Origin: Lama guanicoe
Taxonomy: Eukaryota
Assembly: GCA_013239625.1 (NCBI GenBank)
Contig: MU054323.1
Coordinates: forward strand, 12,941,950 to 13,005,949
DNA: 64,000 bases
Direction of reading: 5' to 3'
The notes beneath the pieces are model-generated. The model saw nothing but the letters and a program-made list of their open reading frames with translations. It did not search any database and was not told where the DNA came from. Within the stretch, counting starts at the first letter, position 1; each line of letters begins with the position of its first letter. A program made the translations under genes and the position numbers. Positions 38,701-51,629 of the stretch are shown one piece after another.

Positions 38701-38904
38701 TGAACTGATGCTTATTTAGTAAGTAAGGAGTTGTGTGTTTTATTAAAAACAAAGTAGGGATGTCTGCTTCTTAGTCCCTCAGCCCACTGGGAAGCCAGAC
38801 CGAGCTCATAAATGCCAAGCTCCGTGTCCACCTGGTGGCCACATCCCCAAATCTCGCATCAAAAACCTTGGAGGAAATGAAAAGGCTTGTAATTTATAAA
38901 CTGA

Positions 38905-39265
38905 GGCTTCTCCAGGGGGCGAGGGGAGAGTTGGGGAGGCCGGAGCACACACTCGGGGGCTTCGTGTGGGCTGCACAGGCAGCTTGAAAACCGAACCTCA
39001 CTGTGTCCTGTGACTTTCTTTGTTTTCTGGTCATAATAATTAATTTTGAAATTTCAAATAACGTTAAAGAAAAGTGTGAGATTTTTATATCTGTTAAGGA
39101 CAGGATCATGGGTTGAAAAGGTGGAGAGCCCATCTACAACCTAGAAAACGCTCACAGGACAGCGACAGCTACGGGGAGGCAGGGTGCTGCGCCCCTCTGC
39201 CCGCGGCCAAGCCCACCATCCCCAAGCTGGCGGCGGGCCGGTGGAGCCTGGCAGTTGGCCTAATT
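38905..39265 (+). mobile_element. Possible MER102-like hAT-Charlie element, strongly GC-shifted
   Basis: GC-rich ends flank an AT-rich centre. The 3' part gcccaccatcccca...tggcagttggcc resembles MER102 from recall. Confidence 0.35.
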
Positions 39266-39944
39266 GGGAGAAGCTGGCACCTGCTCAGGGTGCTACTGTG
39301 TTCCCGACCCTTCCTTTGGCTTTATAATGCTAATGAGTGAAAACCTGAACAAAACGGTCTGAAACACGATGCCCCTTCCTCCTTGGGTTTTCACTATTAT
39401 TCCAGTGAGCTTTTAGGATGTGGGGCATAAATCCTTTATTCATCCTGAGAAATCCATTTGCCACCGTGATCAAATAAAACTTCTTCGTGGATCTCCACCC
39501 CCTCCCCACCCCACCTAGTTCTAGTTTTCACTAAAGACTCAGTAAAAATTTTAACAGTTCATAAAAGTGAAAAATATACGTGTTGAGAAAGTCCGCAAGT
39601 GTGTGGCTTAATGAATTGTTATGAAGTGGATGAGACCAATCAGGAAACTGAACTTCACCGTCCTCGCCACATACAATCCTGGCTTATACATCACACAGGA
39701 TGTGCTCTTTGAGGTCTCCTTTTGTCCAACATTATGTTACGGAGATGTGCTGTAGATCATTCATTCTCATTGCTGTCTAGTATCCTTTGTGTTGCCCTTC
39801 CTGATTGGAGAAATCCCCAGTGAAGGCGGGCATGTGTCCCCTTTCACTATTGGTCCCAGGGATGGGCATGTGACCTGGGCCAGCCAATTGAGATTTCCCA
39901 GACTGGAAGCAGAGCCTCTCTCTTTTCCTTGTGAGAAGCTGTAT

Positions 39945-40160
39945 ATGGCACCAGACTCTGGAATCAGGCCCCTCGCCTTCAGTTCTGGCTGTGTCGCTTC
40001 CAAGCTGTGGAATCTGGTGTGAGTTATTTAACTTCTTTGTTGCTCATCTTAGTTTCGGCATCTCTAAAAGGGGATAATAATAGCATCAACCCGGTAGAGT
40101 TGTTTCAAAGATTAAGTGAATGCTTAGAACCACGCCAGGGATATGTTAAATGCTGATATG
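39945..40160 (+). mobile_element. MIR
   Basis: agactctggaatcagg...gagttatttaacttctttg...catctctaaaaggggataataatagcatc...aagattaagtga. Confidence 0.8.
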
Positions 40161-40449
40161 TGGGGTTTTATTCTTGGATCATGCATTCTGAAGGTGTAAG
40201 GACTGTGGTGGCCACAGAGCGGACGGACTGCAGCGTGAACACTGAGTTCCTGAGGCTCTCGGTGCACACCACACCTGCCATGCCTCTGAGCCTTTGCACA
40301 CGCTGTTCCCTCTGCCTAACCTATCATCCTCCTTTGATTCTTCCACAAAACTTCCATCCCTCTTTGTGTGCCTCAGCCCAAAAGGACCAGTGTACCTACT
40401 TTGTTTCTAATAAAACGCCATCCCCAACCCCGCTTCCATCATTGTGCTA

Positions 40450-41130
40450 TGGCAACTCTCAATGTGTGGTCTGCAAACCCCTGGGCAGGAGTGGGGGTCC
40501 TCCTAAGACGTGATTCCCCTTTCCCACTTTGCTGACACTTGCATTGGTGGTACAAGAGCAACAGGTGAGTTAAACTGTAGCTGTATGAGTATAAATCAAG
40601 GCAGAGAACCAAATTTTGCTACTGGATATTGCATTCTTCATCACCATGTACTAGCAAAAAAAAAAAAGCAGCTTCATTTAAGAATGCCTTTGATTACGCA
40701 GAAAAAAATGTTAATTTTTTGACCCTTGAATGCATATATTTTTAAATTTCTGAGAGACCAAATAGGAAATAATGCCTAAAGCACTTCTTAAGCACACGGA
40801 AGTAGGATCGTATCTCAAGGAAAAGCACTTGTACATATGAGCTGCACGCTGAATAATCTTTTTCTGTGGAGTGCCATTTTTACTTGAAGGAACAAAAGAT
40901 GGACAGGCAGACTGTGGTTGTTCAGACTTGAGTGTCTGGCAGACATTTTCTTAAAAATGAGTGAAGAGAGCTTGTCACATAAGGGAAAACAGCTGTTAGA
41001 ACTTGTGCCAAAGATAAAATTTGAGCTTTCAAGTAAAAATTAGAATTTTAGAAACCATGTAAATGCCATCCTGAGTGTGAGCGCTTCTCATGACTCAGAC
41101 TTTTCTGGTGCGATGGGAGGAGACATTACA
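40450..41130 (+). mobile_element. Charlie1-like hAT transposon fragment with decayed transposase
   Basis: End ctctcaatgtgtggtctgcaaacccctggg. cacacggaagtaggatcgtatctcaaggaaaagcactt is a decayed HTEVRWLSRGK motif. tctggcagacattttc encodes LADIF. Confidence 0.85.
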
Positions 41131-41647
41131 GGGATTAGAGCAGAATGTGATGCCCCTCTCTTTACACACACCTTCCCTCTGAGGGTTGTGGCGTCCTCCT
41201 CCCAACCCTGATTCCATCCCATCATCATCTTCCTTCCTCCAGTGACTGTCCTGTACTTCATCCTTCACATCTAAGGGCCACTATAGATTTGACGGACTAG
41301 TTCACTGGGAGGGACTAGGCGGGGCCCCAGGACAGCTTCCTGCGGAAGACAGCCTTGGGGAGACAACACCTGCTGGTTGGGCAATCCCTTTGTTTAGGGG
41401 CCCAGAGAGAATTTGGATTCTAAGGGTGGGAGGTTAAAGCCAGCTGAGTGTGGGGAGACTGGCTTCCTGGAGGGCTGACTCAACCCTCAATGAGTCATAA
41501 AAAAATTTCTATTAAGTTCTTATTGATAACTGATTAATGTTACTCTTTAGCAATTATTGTGAGATACCTTGTAAAGTCCCTTTTGAGGAGTATTTTTCTC
41601 AAGACATCAAAATTTCTGATGTCTCATTTCTTTTTTTGCTTTAGAAC

Positions 41648-41890
41648 TTTTAAAACATTATTTTGAAATAATTCTGTACTCTAAAGAAGGTGCAAAAATT
41701 GTACCATAAGTTCCTCTATACCTGTCACCCAGCTTCTCACAATGATAATGTTGTAACTAACCATAGTCCATTATGAATACTAATACTAGGAAACTGACAT
41801 TAGTGCAATACTGTTAACTAAATTACGAATTTTATTTATTCTGTCACCACAGAGGAACTCCTTTGTGCTACCCCTTTATAGTGGTACTCC
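41648..41890 (-). mobile_element. Old L1 (L1MC/MD-like) 3' end
   Basis: ttattttgaaataatt...tgcaaaaatt...cacccagcttctc...aggaaactgacattagtgcaatac. Confidence 0.7.
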
Positions 41891-41989
41891 ATTCATCTTC
41901 AAAATATAATTTTAATTTTTATTTTAATGAAAATTAGACTTTATTAAAAAATCTGTGATGGGAAACACTGTTGCCAAGCATAGGGCCAT

Positions 41990-42219
41990 GAATGTAGTAA
42001 ATTAGGTGGAATTTAAAGTTGAGAGTCTGGCTATAAACATTGACTTGTGCCTCACTTGCTGTGTAATTTTTGGCAGGGAACACCACCTCTCTGAGCCTTG
42101 GTTTTATTACCAATAGAATGAAATTAATAATACCCACTTGGTAGAGATGCTGCACAGGTTGGAGACCCAGCATTTGAAATGCCTGACACATCCGTCACAG
42201 GTACTTTCTCCGTAGTCAT
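41990..42219 (+). mobile_element. MIR
   Basis: cacttgctgtgtaatttttggcagg...cctctctgagccttggtttt...aataatacccact. Confidence 0.7.
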
Positions 42220-42626
42220 TGTCTTAGGTCATGTTCTCCAGGAAGCAGACTCTGAGATGAAGATCTGCATGCAGATTGTTTCTGGGGAGTGAGTGCTCCA
42301 GGGATCAACACCTGTGAGCTGGTTGGGACCCAAGACTGGGCAGCAGAAGTTGAACTGTGATGTGGTTGCAACAGGAGGCGTCAGATGCTCCTGCAGGGAG
42401 CTGGGCTGGCCCTTTAGAGCTGTCCAGGCCTTTGTAGCCCTGCCTCAGTCACTGTATGGACTCTGCTCTCAGGGAGGAGTGTAACTTGGGGTTGGGTGGC
42501 TCCCTCCAGCCAAGGGCAAGCCCTGAGGACAGACTCAGCTGTGAGCCTGCAACAGCTAACACTCACTCAGCTGTGATCCTCTGCACTTCCAGGGAGTCTG
42601 GACAGTGTATCACGGGATCTGCTGTA
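42220..42626 (-). mobile_element. ERVL solo LTR (LTR16 family)
   Basis: tgtcttaggtcatgttctccaggaagcagactctgagatg...gggatcaacacctgtg...cagctgtgagcctgcaacagctaacactc. Confidence 0.75.
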
Positions 42627-43381
42627 CTTTTTTGTGGATCTGATGAAGGCGACATCAGAAGGGGAGACAGTCATAGATCTCTCATCCTCCCCACGCGCTA
42701 ACCACATCAAACGCAGACGTATGTGAATGTCTTGATAACCCTAGAAAGAGCTGTTTTCTTTCCTGTGTTAGACCATTAAAGGGAATTCGTTTACATCTTC
42801 AGGAGGACCTAATTTGGGAAAAAAAGAAAAAAGAAAGAAAAAAAAAAGGAAACAAAGAAAGCAGTGGATACTACTCTTCCTAATAGCCACTAAAGGGAAT
42901 TTCCTAAAATTCTCTTTGCCAGCCCATAGAAGAACTCCATCTTGTACATCTTGTACTATCCTGCCTTATGTAAGGATGGCCTTGAAGAGTATTTTGGAGA
43001 CAGACTTTTAATAACTTCCAGAAATCCTTTCTCAGCCTGCCAAGGACAAGCTGGTATCAGTGATATTATAAAGTAATTGTGTTTCCTTAGTAATAGCTGG
43101 AAACCTACTGAAAGTCTGACACTGAGCTAAGACCCACGGGGGCACCAAAGGGGAGATTCCGAATCTCCAGCTAGAAAGGTCCCATTCTGTGCCTTCCCCC
43201 TGTGCACAGCTATTCTGAGATAGAGTAAGTAGTGGAATTTTGAAAGCACCACCCTAAGCACAGAATTGTTCTGATTACCCAGTGGATGTGGCTTAAGATC
43301 CTGATGGTTCAGATCTAAACTTGATTAGTGTGGCTTGGTCTGTAAACATTACGGTAATGTGTTCCCCCTGCTTAAAAAAAA

Positions 43382-43530
43382 TTTTTTTTGTCCAACTGTT
43401 TTATTTTTTTGGCAGGGGGAGGTAATTAGGTTATTGATTGATTTATTTTTTAACGGAGGTACTGGGGATTGAACCCAGGACCTCGTGCAGGTTAAGCATA
43501 TATTCTACTGCTGAACTATACCCAACCTCT
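43382..43530 (-). mobile_element. tRNA-derived SINE, Vic-1 (camelid) type
   Basis: ggcagggggaggtaattagg...ggaggtactggggattgaacccaggacctcgtgcaggttaagca...tgaactataccc. Confidence 0.92.
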
Positions 43531-44439
43531 GCCATCGTGTCCCCTTTTATAAGGGAAGGATCATATGTGTTAAAGTAAAGCACATCTTTTCTGTGCGACA
43601 TCATGAGTTTTGGGGTGAACAATTGAAATAGGTTTTCCTGGTGGGTTAAGTCTCTTTGGAGTAAATTTCTTTGGCCAGTTATCCAAGCAACTATTTGCCT
43701 TCATTTGTTTATAAATAAAGATACAGCTCCACTGCACAAAATGATAATGAAATGGTAACATGAAAAATTATTGAAATTAAGGAGATTTTTCCACCAGAAA
43801 GCTTGATAAACAGTCCGCCTTTCTCAAACAACTGCACTGGGTATTTGAGGGGAGGTGTCTCATTGACCTGGAAGCTTTCACATCTGTGACAAGGCTACAA
43901 GCCCTCATACTCTTCAAAGCTGGGAAGGGTTAACCTCAACCCTGCCGATCCCTGGCCTCTATCTCGGTCTCTCTCCAAACTTACAGACAGCCATGGCCTT
44001 CTCAACTTGGGGGGAGGAAGAAGGGCCCTGAAGGCCCAAGAATGGCTCTGCCAGAGGGGAGTCCTTGCAGGACAAAGGGAGCGAAGGCCCATCACCCCAG
44101 GGGACTTAAATGGCACATGTCATCCTGGCCTCCGACTCCAGGGAAAGGTCTGGGGGGAGGAGCCAGATCTGGTTTCCTTCTGTGTCTGCACAGGGCCCTT
44201 AATATCGTTGGTGATTAATAAATGTTGGAGACTGAATGGACTTTTCTGTTATCCCTGTGAACAGTGCCATAAAGTGAAGGTATGAGTCAATCAGCAGTGA
44301 TCAGTGCCACACATTAGTCATATTTAGAGGCAGCAGGGTTTTGACTGTTGTATCAGAGATCTTGGGTTTGTTCCTGGAAACTTCCCTGGGCAAGTGTCCT
44401 TTTTAAGTCAGAATCTCTGGTGAGCTCATCTAAAGGATG

Positions 44440-44673
44440 AGTTAAAGCGCACTAGTCTGGGAGTCAGAGGAGACCTGGGCCCAGATCCTTTCCCAGCTAC
44501 GTGACCTTAGAGAAGTGGCCAAACCACCGTAAGGCACAGTTTCCGCAGCAGTTAAGTTGGTTGATAAAACGCTGCCTTTTATAGGCTTGTTTTATGGGTC
44601 AGATGAGCTAATGCCTGCAAAGTGTTGGGCTCACCCCAAGTGCTTAATAAATGGTGACCATTATTATCATTAC
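44440..44673 (+). mobile_element. MIR
   Basis: ctgggagtcagaggagacctggg...cagctacgtgaccttagagaagt...aagtgcttaataaatggtgaccattattatcatt. Confidence 0.8.
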
Positions 44674-44715
44674 TAAGATAACCATTATAATTCGTCATCC
44701 AAATTAAGACACTCT

Positions 44716-44980
44716 GTAGGAATTTGGGATTAAAAGATACACACTATTATCTATAAAATAGATAAATGACAAGGACCTACTATATAGCACAGGGAACTAT
44801 GTTTAATACTCTGTAATAGCCTATAGTAAAAAAAAAAGAATATGAAAAGGAATATATATATGTATAACTGAATCACTATGCTGTACACCGGAATTAACAT
44901 AACATTGTAAACCAACTATACTTCAATTAAAAAAGCATAAAAAATTTAAAAGAATGCAGTTTAGGGAGAAAAATAATAAA
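44716..44980 (+). mobile_element. Short L1 3' end inserted in the BLACKJACK terminus
   Basis: aaggacctactatatagcacagggaactat...gaatcactatgctgtacacc...aactatacttcaattaaaaaa. Confidence 0.92.
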
Positions 44981-45886
44981 AGATTCTTTGACAGCAAAAG
45001 GGGGCATGAAAACAATTAGGATGATAACTTTTTCTGAAAGATTTTCTTACTGACAAACAAATCATTTTCTTATATTGATAGACCTATAAGATGGTTCTAT
45101 TCAGGAACAATTTTTAAATGTAAAATTCCCTTGAAGAAATAAAAGAACATATATCTCTACATTAAAGCAAATTTGAAATTTTTCTTGATGTTTATGTGAA
45201 CATTAAAAAACATTTAAGCAGAATAGTTATTCTCGATATGTATTTTAATCAGCTTCTCAGTCTACCTGTCATGATATTCTGCAGAACATAGTTTTGAATA
45301 GTTTTATTATTGTTAACTTTTTCCACAAAATTGTCTGCATTTTGAGTTTAATAAATCTGAAATTGCTGATACTTCTGTTGACTTCTCTAGGGACCACAAT
45401 ATATTTAATTGAGAAAATACTCGCTACCAGTGATGAAGTACCTGGTAAGCTGAGAGCAGTTCTGCTAAATAAAAGCTAGTCTCAATTCTGATTTTTAAAA
45501 ATACTGAAATATATAAATAACTCAGTCCAAATATTTCCTCAGGTAATTTTGTCTTCTATTCAGAGTACCTTTCTTTGACAACTATTTTTATGGTACAGCT
45601 TGTTGAGTGAGTTGTCTCTATTTACGATTCTTTTGAATGGTTCCCCAAATTTAGATGATTCAAGATTGTAGCCCTTCTCAATTACGTCCTATTCTGGGAC
45701 AGAATCTAAATTTAGCCAAATAAAAATAGGGGCTCCATCAAAATATTCTTCTCACAGGTTGAGATCATCTAGGGCACAGTTACAGAATCTCAGAATTAAA
45801 TCTTGTACTTAATTGAGTGCTCATTGACTCCACCTGCCCCACCCCCCCCTACTTTTGCAGGATACATTTCAATGTCTTCCTGTTTG

Positions 45887-46061
45887 TGGAGCTGGCTTCG
45901 TGGGCTTGTGACGTGTGCATTCATACAGATCCCAGTGCTTAGAAGGGCTCCACACTTGGCTTATGGCCCCACTGTCACCATCTTGAAATTCTTAATTTTT
46001 CAACAAGGGATTCTGGATTTTCATTTTACACTAGGCCCCACAAATTATGTATATGGTCCTG
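45887..46061 (+). mobile_element. MER45A (hAT-Tip100), full length, nested in BLACKJACK
   Basis: tggagctggcttcgtgggc...ccccacaaattatgtatatggtcctg. Perfect 8-bp TSD CCTGTTTG at 45879-45886 and 46062-46069. Confidence 0.9.
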
Positions 46062-46310
46062 CCTGTTTGTCAGCTTGGTTTTCAATAATTCTATTTTTCT
46101 GAAAGATTTAAGTTCAAAAGCTGAATTAAAAACAAACAAAAAAAAGCTCCATTCACTCCATATTTTGAAGACTTCCAGAAGATTTTGAATCAAATGCAAC
46201 CAAAATTCAGAGCGTTGTAGGACACTTAGGTTGATTTTAATAAGGTAGTTTATCATAAAGACTCAGATATTTTAAATCAATTGAGAGGCAGAAAGAATTT
46301 TGTGATCCAG

Positions 46311-46314
<4 letters not shown>

Positions 46315-46345
<31 letters not shown>
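46315..46345. repeat. (TG)n microsatellite
   Basis: About 15 perfect TG units. Confidence 0.95.
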
Positions 46346-46348
<3 letters not shown>

Positions 46349-49134
46349 AAATATGACAACTCAGTTTCCATTTCCATTGGTGGACTACCACAGCTTGTTT
46401 GGACAAAAATACTAATTATATACATACATTCTACTACCCAGTCCAAGTATGTTTCTGTTCCACAGGTTCTAAGTTTAGTAATAATATGGTTTCTACCAGG
46501 ATTCTGGCCATCAAAATTTATCACCCTCCAAACAAATTTCTCTTCAATGATGAACTTTTAAACTAGATATATAATATCAATCAAAATAATGTCCAATTTT
46601 TCACCTTTGATGGAATGAACTTTCCAGTGGTTTAATTTTATGAATTTGTTTTTTTAAAAAATGAACCCTTATTAGAATTGACAAATTCCTCACTTGAAGC
46701 ATCTGATGACCCTAATATAATGCTTATGTCATCTCAATGTTCACATAGTTCTACTTCTGCTAGTGGAGACCTATTAGCAGCTAATACTACATTTGTCAGG
46801 CATGCATAAGAAAATTTGGAATTGAGAATGAGTGAAATTAATTTAGGAGAACACTCATTGCACCTATGTGAAAAATTAAGCTTCACAGAGTGACATGAAA
46901 ACATACCTTGTGGAGCTGCTTGTGTTAAATCATCTTTGAGCATTGTCCACTTAAAGTAACAAACTTTTGAAGCCAGTGTTGATGCTTCAGCAAATTTCTG
47001 TTTACTGATTTTCATGTAGCGAGCGACAGCATTATGATATCCCTATGGTGGTGGAAGCAAGATGTCGTCAAATATTTTATGAAAATTATACATTCATCTA
47101 CAGCTTTAATATTTTATTTTTTCCCTATAATTGTACTTTGATCTTTTGAAGCTGATTGTGCTCCAAAGAGTTTGTTATAAAAGAAAAAATGTTCCCCAAC
47201 AATGCAGTAAGTACTGGTTGTAGATACACTGTATGGTAAGTGACAAAAACCACTATAAGCAAGAGTATTCAAACTGTAGTCTATATGTTCCATGATGGGG
47301 CTGCCCAGCCCCCACTTCCTTAACATGTTTCACCTACATCTACCCTGCACTTTCTCAGTTTCCCAGTGACCCTGCCAGCATGTGGCCGGGCAGCTTCATG
47401 GACCACCTAAGTCATGGCAGGCTCTCTCACTACCACAGAGTCCCTCGGAACTGGTGGCTGGGCACACTGTTTTACCATGTTGTCCTTCAAAGAGTGTGTC
47501 AGTTGCACCTCATCAGCAAACAATTGGGAAAAAAGAGAAAGTTATTACTGGTCATTCTTCAGATTTTACCAGGAGAAAAAGTGAGAACTCAGTTTACTGC
47601 ATGTGTTTCCACACTGCTCTTTAAGACTGGCGGAGGCTGGGAATGCCAAGTGGAGATCTACTAAACCCATCCCAGATTGTCTATTTCCACTTTTATTAAT
47701 AATGTTTTGTTTGAAAAATTAAGCATCTGATGTATGTTAAATTGCCTGGGACTGTCCTGGGAAAAACCTGGATGTATGGTCACCCAGATTATCAATCACA
47801 TTGCTTTGGTTTTCCTATGACTTCCCAATGGAAGGTGATCTTGCACTAATTTTACAAACAACTTGTTCATTTAAAAAATGACCTTTTATTTAAACGGAAA
47901 GGTGAGGGGAATTGGTGCAGTCTAGAATGGGATAAGGTAAAGCTAAAAGATGAATGTCAACTTGAGCTCACTCAGACATCATGACTTAACCTCTCCTGGA
48001 AGCCAAATCCCAGGGACAATTTCTGATCATTTTCTTAGTGGTCCAGAGTGGTTTCCAGATAAAGCAGGCTGAATTCTTGAGGAGAAGGGGGAACCTGGGT
48101 CATTTATCTTATTCTAGCTTCCTAAGCCCAGGGCCTACATAAATATGGGCCTACAGCACTGCAGGTTCCTTTTAACTGTGCCCCAAGTGAAGTGCCAGGA
48201 AATCACTTTTTTTTTTTATTTTTTGAGAAGGTGGCATTAGAAGTCCAAAGTTGTATTGGAGACCAGCTGTATATAAGTTGTGTAAACTTTATCGTGTGAG
48301 GGCTTCATCACCTGTAAAATGGTCCTCACAGCATGGGCTGCCAACACATCTGGGTCAGAACAGCTGGGAACAATTTTCTATTGGAAAAATAACTTATGTG
48401 GAAAAGGAGCATAAACTTTCATCATATACTGGCTGGTTGTAAACTAAGGCCCTGTCAGGGAGAAATTCTAATGACTTGTTTTTCTGTTTGGCTGTAGTCA
48501 GATATTTTGGGGGCACGTAAGGCACACGTTTTCCAGGCGACAGGTCATTATCATAAAATGAACTGGTTCACCTTATTACCTTTTGAGTCCTTTACTAGTG
48601 GATTTGGGGAAACAGATGCTAAATGTTTAACAAAGTTCATATACAGCTTGATTAGGGCTTTTCCATAGTAACCTGATCCACACAACGTAGCTCAAGCATA
48701 TCGTGCTAAAAAAGCATATCAAAGTAAGCAAGTATGACCTAACACAGATTAAAATTGCATTTTTTAAATATCAAATAATGCCATGTGGACTTGGGTGACC
48801 AGACTGACTGTCACTGCAGAGCCCAGATAGGAGAAAGGGTCCTGTCCAGAAGCAGAGTAAAACCATATTTTAAATTTGGAATCTCTTGTAGTTTTAATCA
48901 TCAGCTATCCTGTTCTTTTTCTGGTTTAGGAAGCAAAAAGCATGAGTGGACCTCAGCCCACAGAGTGTTTGAGAAATAGAATTACACGTGGTACTGGTAA
49001 ATTCTACCTCGATTTGTGTCTTGTCAACTCTAAAAGACTTTCTGTTTGCCCAAAAGGCATGATAAAATGTTAGTTTTTTTTTTTTACAATATCATTTGAT
49101 CTATTTTTCAACTATTTAAATATTTTATAATTTC

Positions 49135-49265
49135 TAGTTTAAAATATTTGTTGTCATAAACATAATATTTACCATTTTAATATTTTTTCTAAATGTGCAA
49201 CTCAGTGGCATTAAGTACATTCACAGTGTTGTATAACCATCACTGCTATCTATTTGCAGAATTTG
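49135..49265 (-). mobile_element. L1MB-like 3' end fragment
   Basis: atttaccattttaa...tgtgcaactcagtggcattaagtacattcacagtgttgtataaccatcac. Confidence 0.8.
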
Positions 49266-51078
49266 ATTTCTAACTTTTTAAGCTTCTCCAGGACACCATA
49301 CCTTAGTGTGAAGAGGAGAAACGAGATGATTTTGCTTTAAGTGAAATCCGTTAAGCAGCTGTTTGTTTGCTTTCTTCATCCCTGTTAGGGATGCCTGCAA
49401 TTGTCAACTGATTGTGCTTAACCCTTTTTTGAACTCTGCTTTTATTCTTGGATGGTTGTAAACCAGGGAAGATCTGGTTTACAAAAATCTATAAATGCTC
49501 TAAAAAGAAATTTTAACAGAGCTGTACGTCTGGTGTGGGAGGTGAGGGGAACTTTATTATGTTCATATATGGAAGAAAGGAAAGTCATTCAAGACCCACA
49601 CGGTTAGGCGTGACTATGTGTGTTAACTAAATAGGGGAACAGGAGGAGTTTAGTGTCTAAACTTCTCCAGTTCAAGCTGTGTATGGATGTTATTTAAAAT
49701 GAAGATGCTTATAAAATGAAATCTCGGAATACGTTAGCATTAAAGGAAATCAGCAAAGCATAGACCTGAGTAGCTTTAGATTTTGTTTCCCTGAAGCTCC
49801 TGATCATCAGATCTAGCCACTTGGGTGTTTATAGAACATTTATCTTTGCTAAATGTCCTGTATTACTGTCCCCCACAGACTCCCTCACCGGCCATAGCCC
49901 ATCTCCAGGCAGCAATGGAACCATGTTAAAGTCTCATTTGGAGTATTTATGGTCTATTCCTGAACCCGTGTCTCTTTTGTTTTGAAATCATGGTTGCAAA
50001 AGGCTCAGAATTGACAGGTTTCCTTGTACATGTCCCTTTAAGAGAAAAATGGAAATGGGGCTCTTGGTTTCACTTAATTTATTTCATGAGTCAAGTAGAG
50101 ATATCCATCATTATAATTGGTCGTGACAGAGCTATGGCAAAATGTTAGCATTATTTAAATCATTTTGGCTACTATATGGATGTTGGTTTTATTATTCTCT
50201 GTACTTTTCTGGATCTACTAGGACAAAAGTAAATATATACAAATTATAGAATTGACAAAGCAGGGGACATTACCCTTCTAGGGTAGGCAAGGAAAATTTC
50301 AACATTATGTTAATTTGGAATTAACTAGGCTTCCAAGAATAAAGTCGCTTCCCAACTCCCAAGCAATCTTATCTGCACATCTTTAGAAAAAGACTTAATT
50401 GTTGCATTCAGTCCACAGGACCCTCTTATAACATTGCTTTAGGGGCACTACAGCTTACAGTGAAAGAACACTGTCAACAAGTGCTAAAGATTGTCCCCAT
50501 GTTGGCTGGTTCAGAAATTGTGGTGGCTGAATTCAGAAAATAAATTGTTCTGATTCTTTCAAGCTTTGAGGCTTTGAACAAAATAACGAATAGCCTTAGT
50601 AATTAACATGCCTTGTTTGTTTTTGGTTCTTCTGAAAGCAATCAAGAAAAGGAATGGAAAGGAAAGAAGTGCTCAGAGGGCCCCCAAAAGCACTCTGGCA
50701 TTCCCAAATCAGCCAGACGATGAATTACGCAGTGGGGGTATAGGGCTAAGTGGGTCCTATTTTGTGTTATTCAATAACACTAGGAAACATGCTGTAATTC
50801 AAAGCATTGTTTCTCTTCAAGTGTCTCCAATCAGCATCACGTAGCTTTTGGTATTATTGCTTGAGTGATTTCAGTGTACCAAGTGTCTTTGAGTAGTTGT
50901 TGAAGGGGATAAAACTAAGGAAAAGAAGAGGGTAGACAGAGGGCATTTGACGACAAAGACTGAGCATTTCATTGGTTTGTGGATGAATTCCTTGGCTAGT
51001 ACCTCTGGGAAATGGGATGGTTTGTAGCAAAGATTCCCAGGCATACATGTTCTCAATAACAAAGAGTCTGTGGGATGC

Positions 51079-51330
51079 TGTGTTGGTGCGGGTGTTTTTA
51101 GCTTCAAGAAACCTTGGACCCAATTCAGGGTGGCTTGAGCCATGAGGGGGTTCATTATCTTGCATAACAAGTCCTAAAGTAGGCATGCTGCACCCAAGCC
51201 ACACCAGGGCTCTGGCTCCGCTTCTCTGTGGCTTTCTGGATTTGTCCTCTTCTCAGTGTTCGTTCTGCCATAGCTCTGAGCATCTCATCAATTCACAACA
51301 GTGTCTTGTGGTCTCTTAAGCCCCAGTCTT
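51079..51330 (-). mobile_element. Old MaLR LTR fragment (MLT1J/K-like)
   Basis: gtggcttgagccatgaggggg...tcttgcataacaagtcctaaagtagg...ccagggctctggctcc. Confidence 0.5.
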
Positions 51331-51379
51331 GGCCAGACAAGTACATATTCACTAGGGAGTCCCAGGAACTGACTCTTCC

Positions 51380-51534
51380 TTTTTTTTTTTTTAATTGAAG
51401 TATAGTTGATTTACAATATTGTGTTCGTTTCAGGTGTACAGCAAAGTGACTCAGATATATATATGTATTCTCTTCTTTTCTGATTCTTTTCCATTATAGG
51501 TTATTGCAAGGTACTGAATATAGTTCCCTGTGCT
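51380..51534 (-). mobile_element. Very short L1 3' end
   Basis: Poly(T), then aattgaagtatagttgatttacaatattgtg...atagttccctgtgct. TSD CTGACTCTTC at 51369-51378 and 51533-51542. Confidence 0.93.
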
Positions 51535-51629
51535 GACTCTTCTTTATGAGAAGGTGGTGTCATCCACATCTCTCCTCCCCTCTACCCCTAAATGTGAACT
51601 GTCTCCCCACCCACCCCACCCCTGCCCCC

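Larger units (their letters stand above)
44674..47787 (-). mobile_element. Near-full-length BLACKJACK (hAT-Blackjack) transposon fossil
   Basis: Degenerate termini taagataaccattataatt (44674) and gatgtatggtcacccag (47787). Minus-strand transposase remnants in ORFs 46734-47015, 46237-46524 and 46026-46256, plus ALSLPGTS (hAT dimerisation-like) near 45430-45460. Confidence 0.8.
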
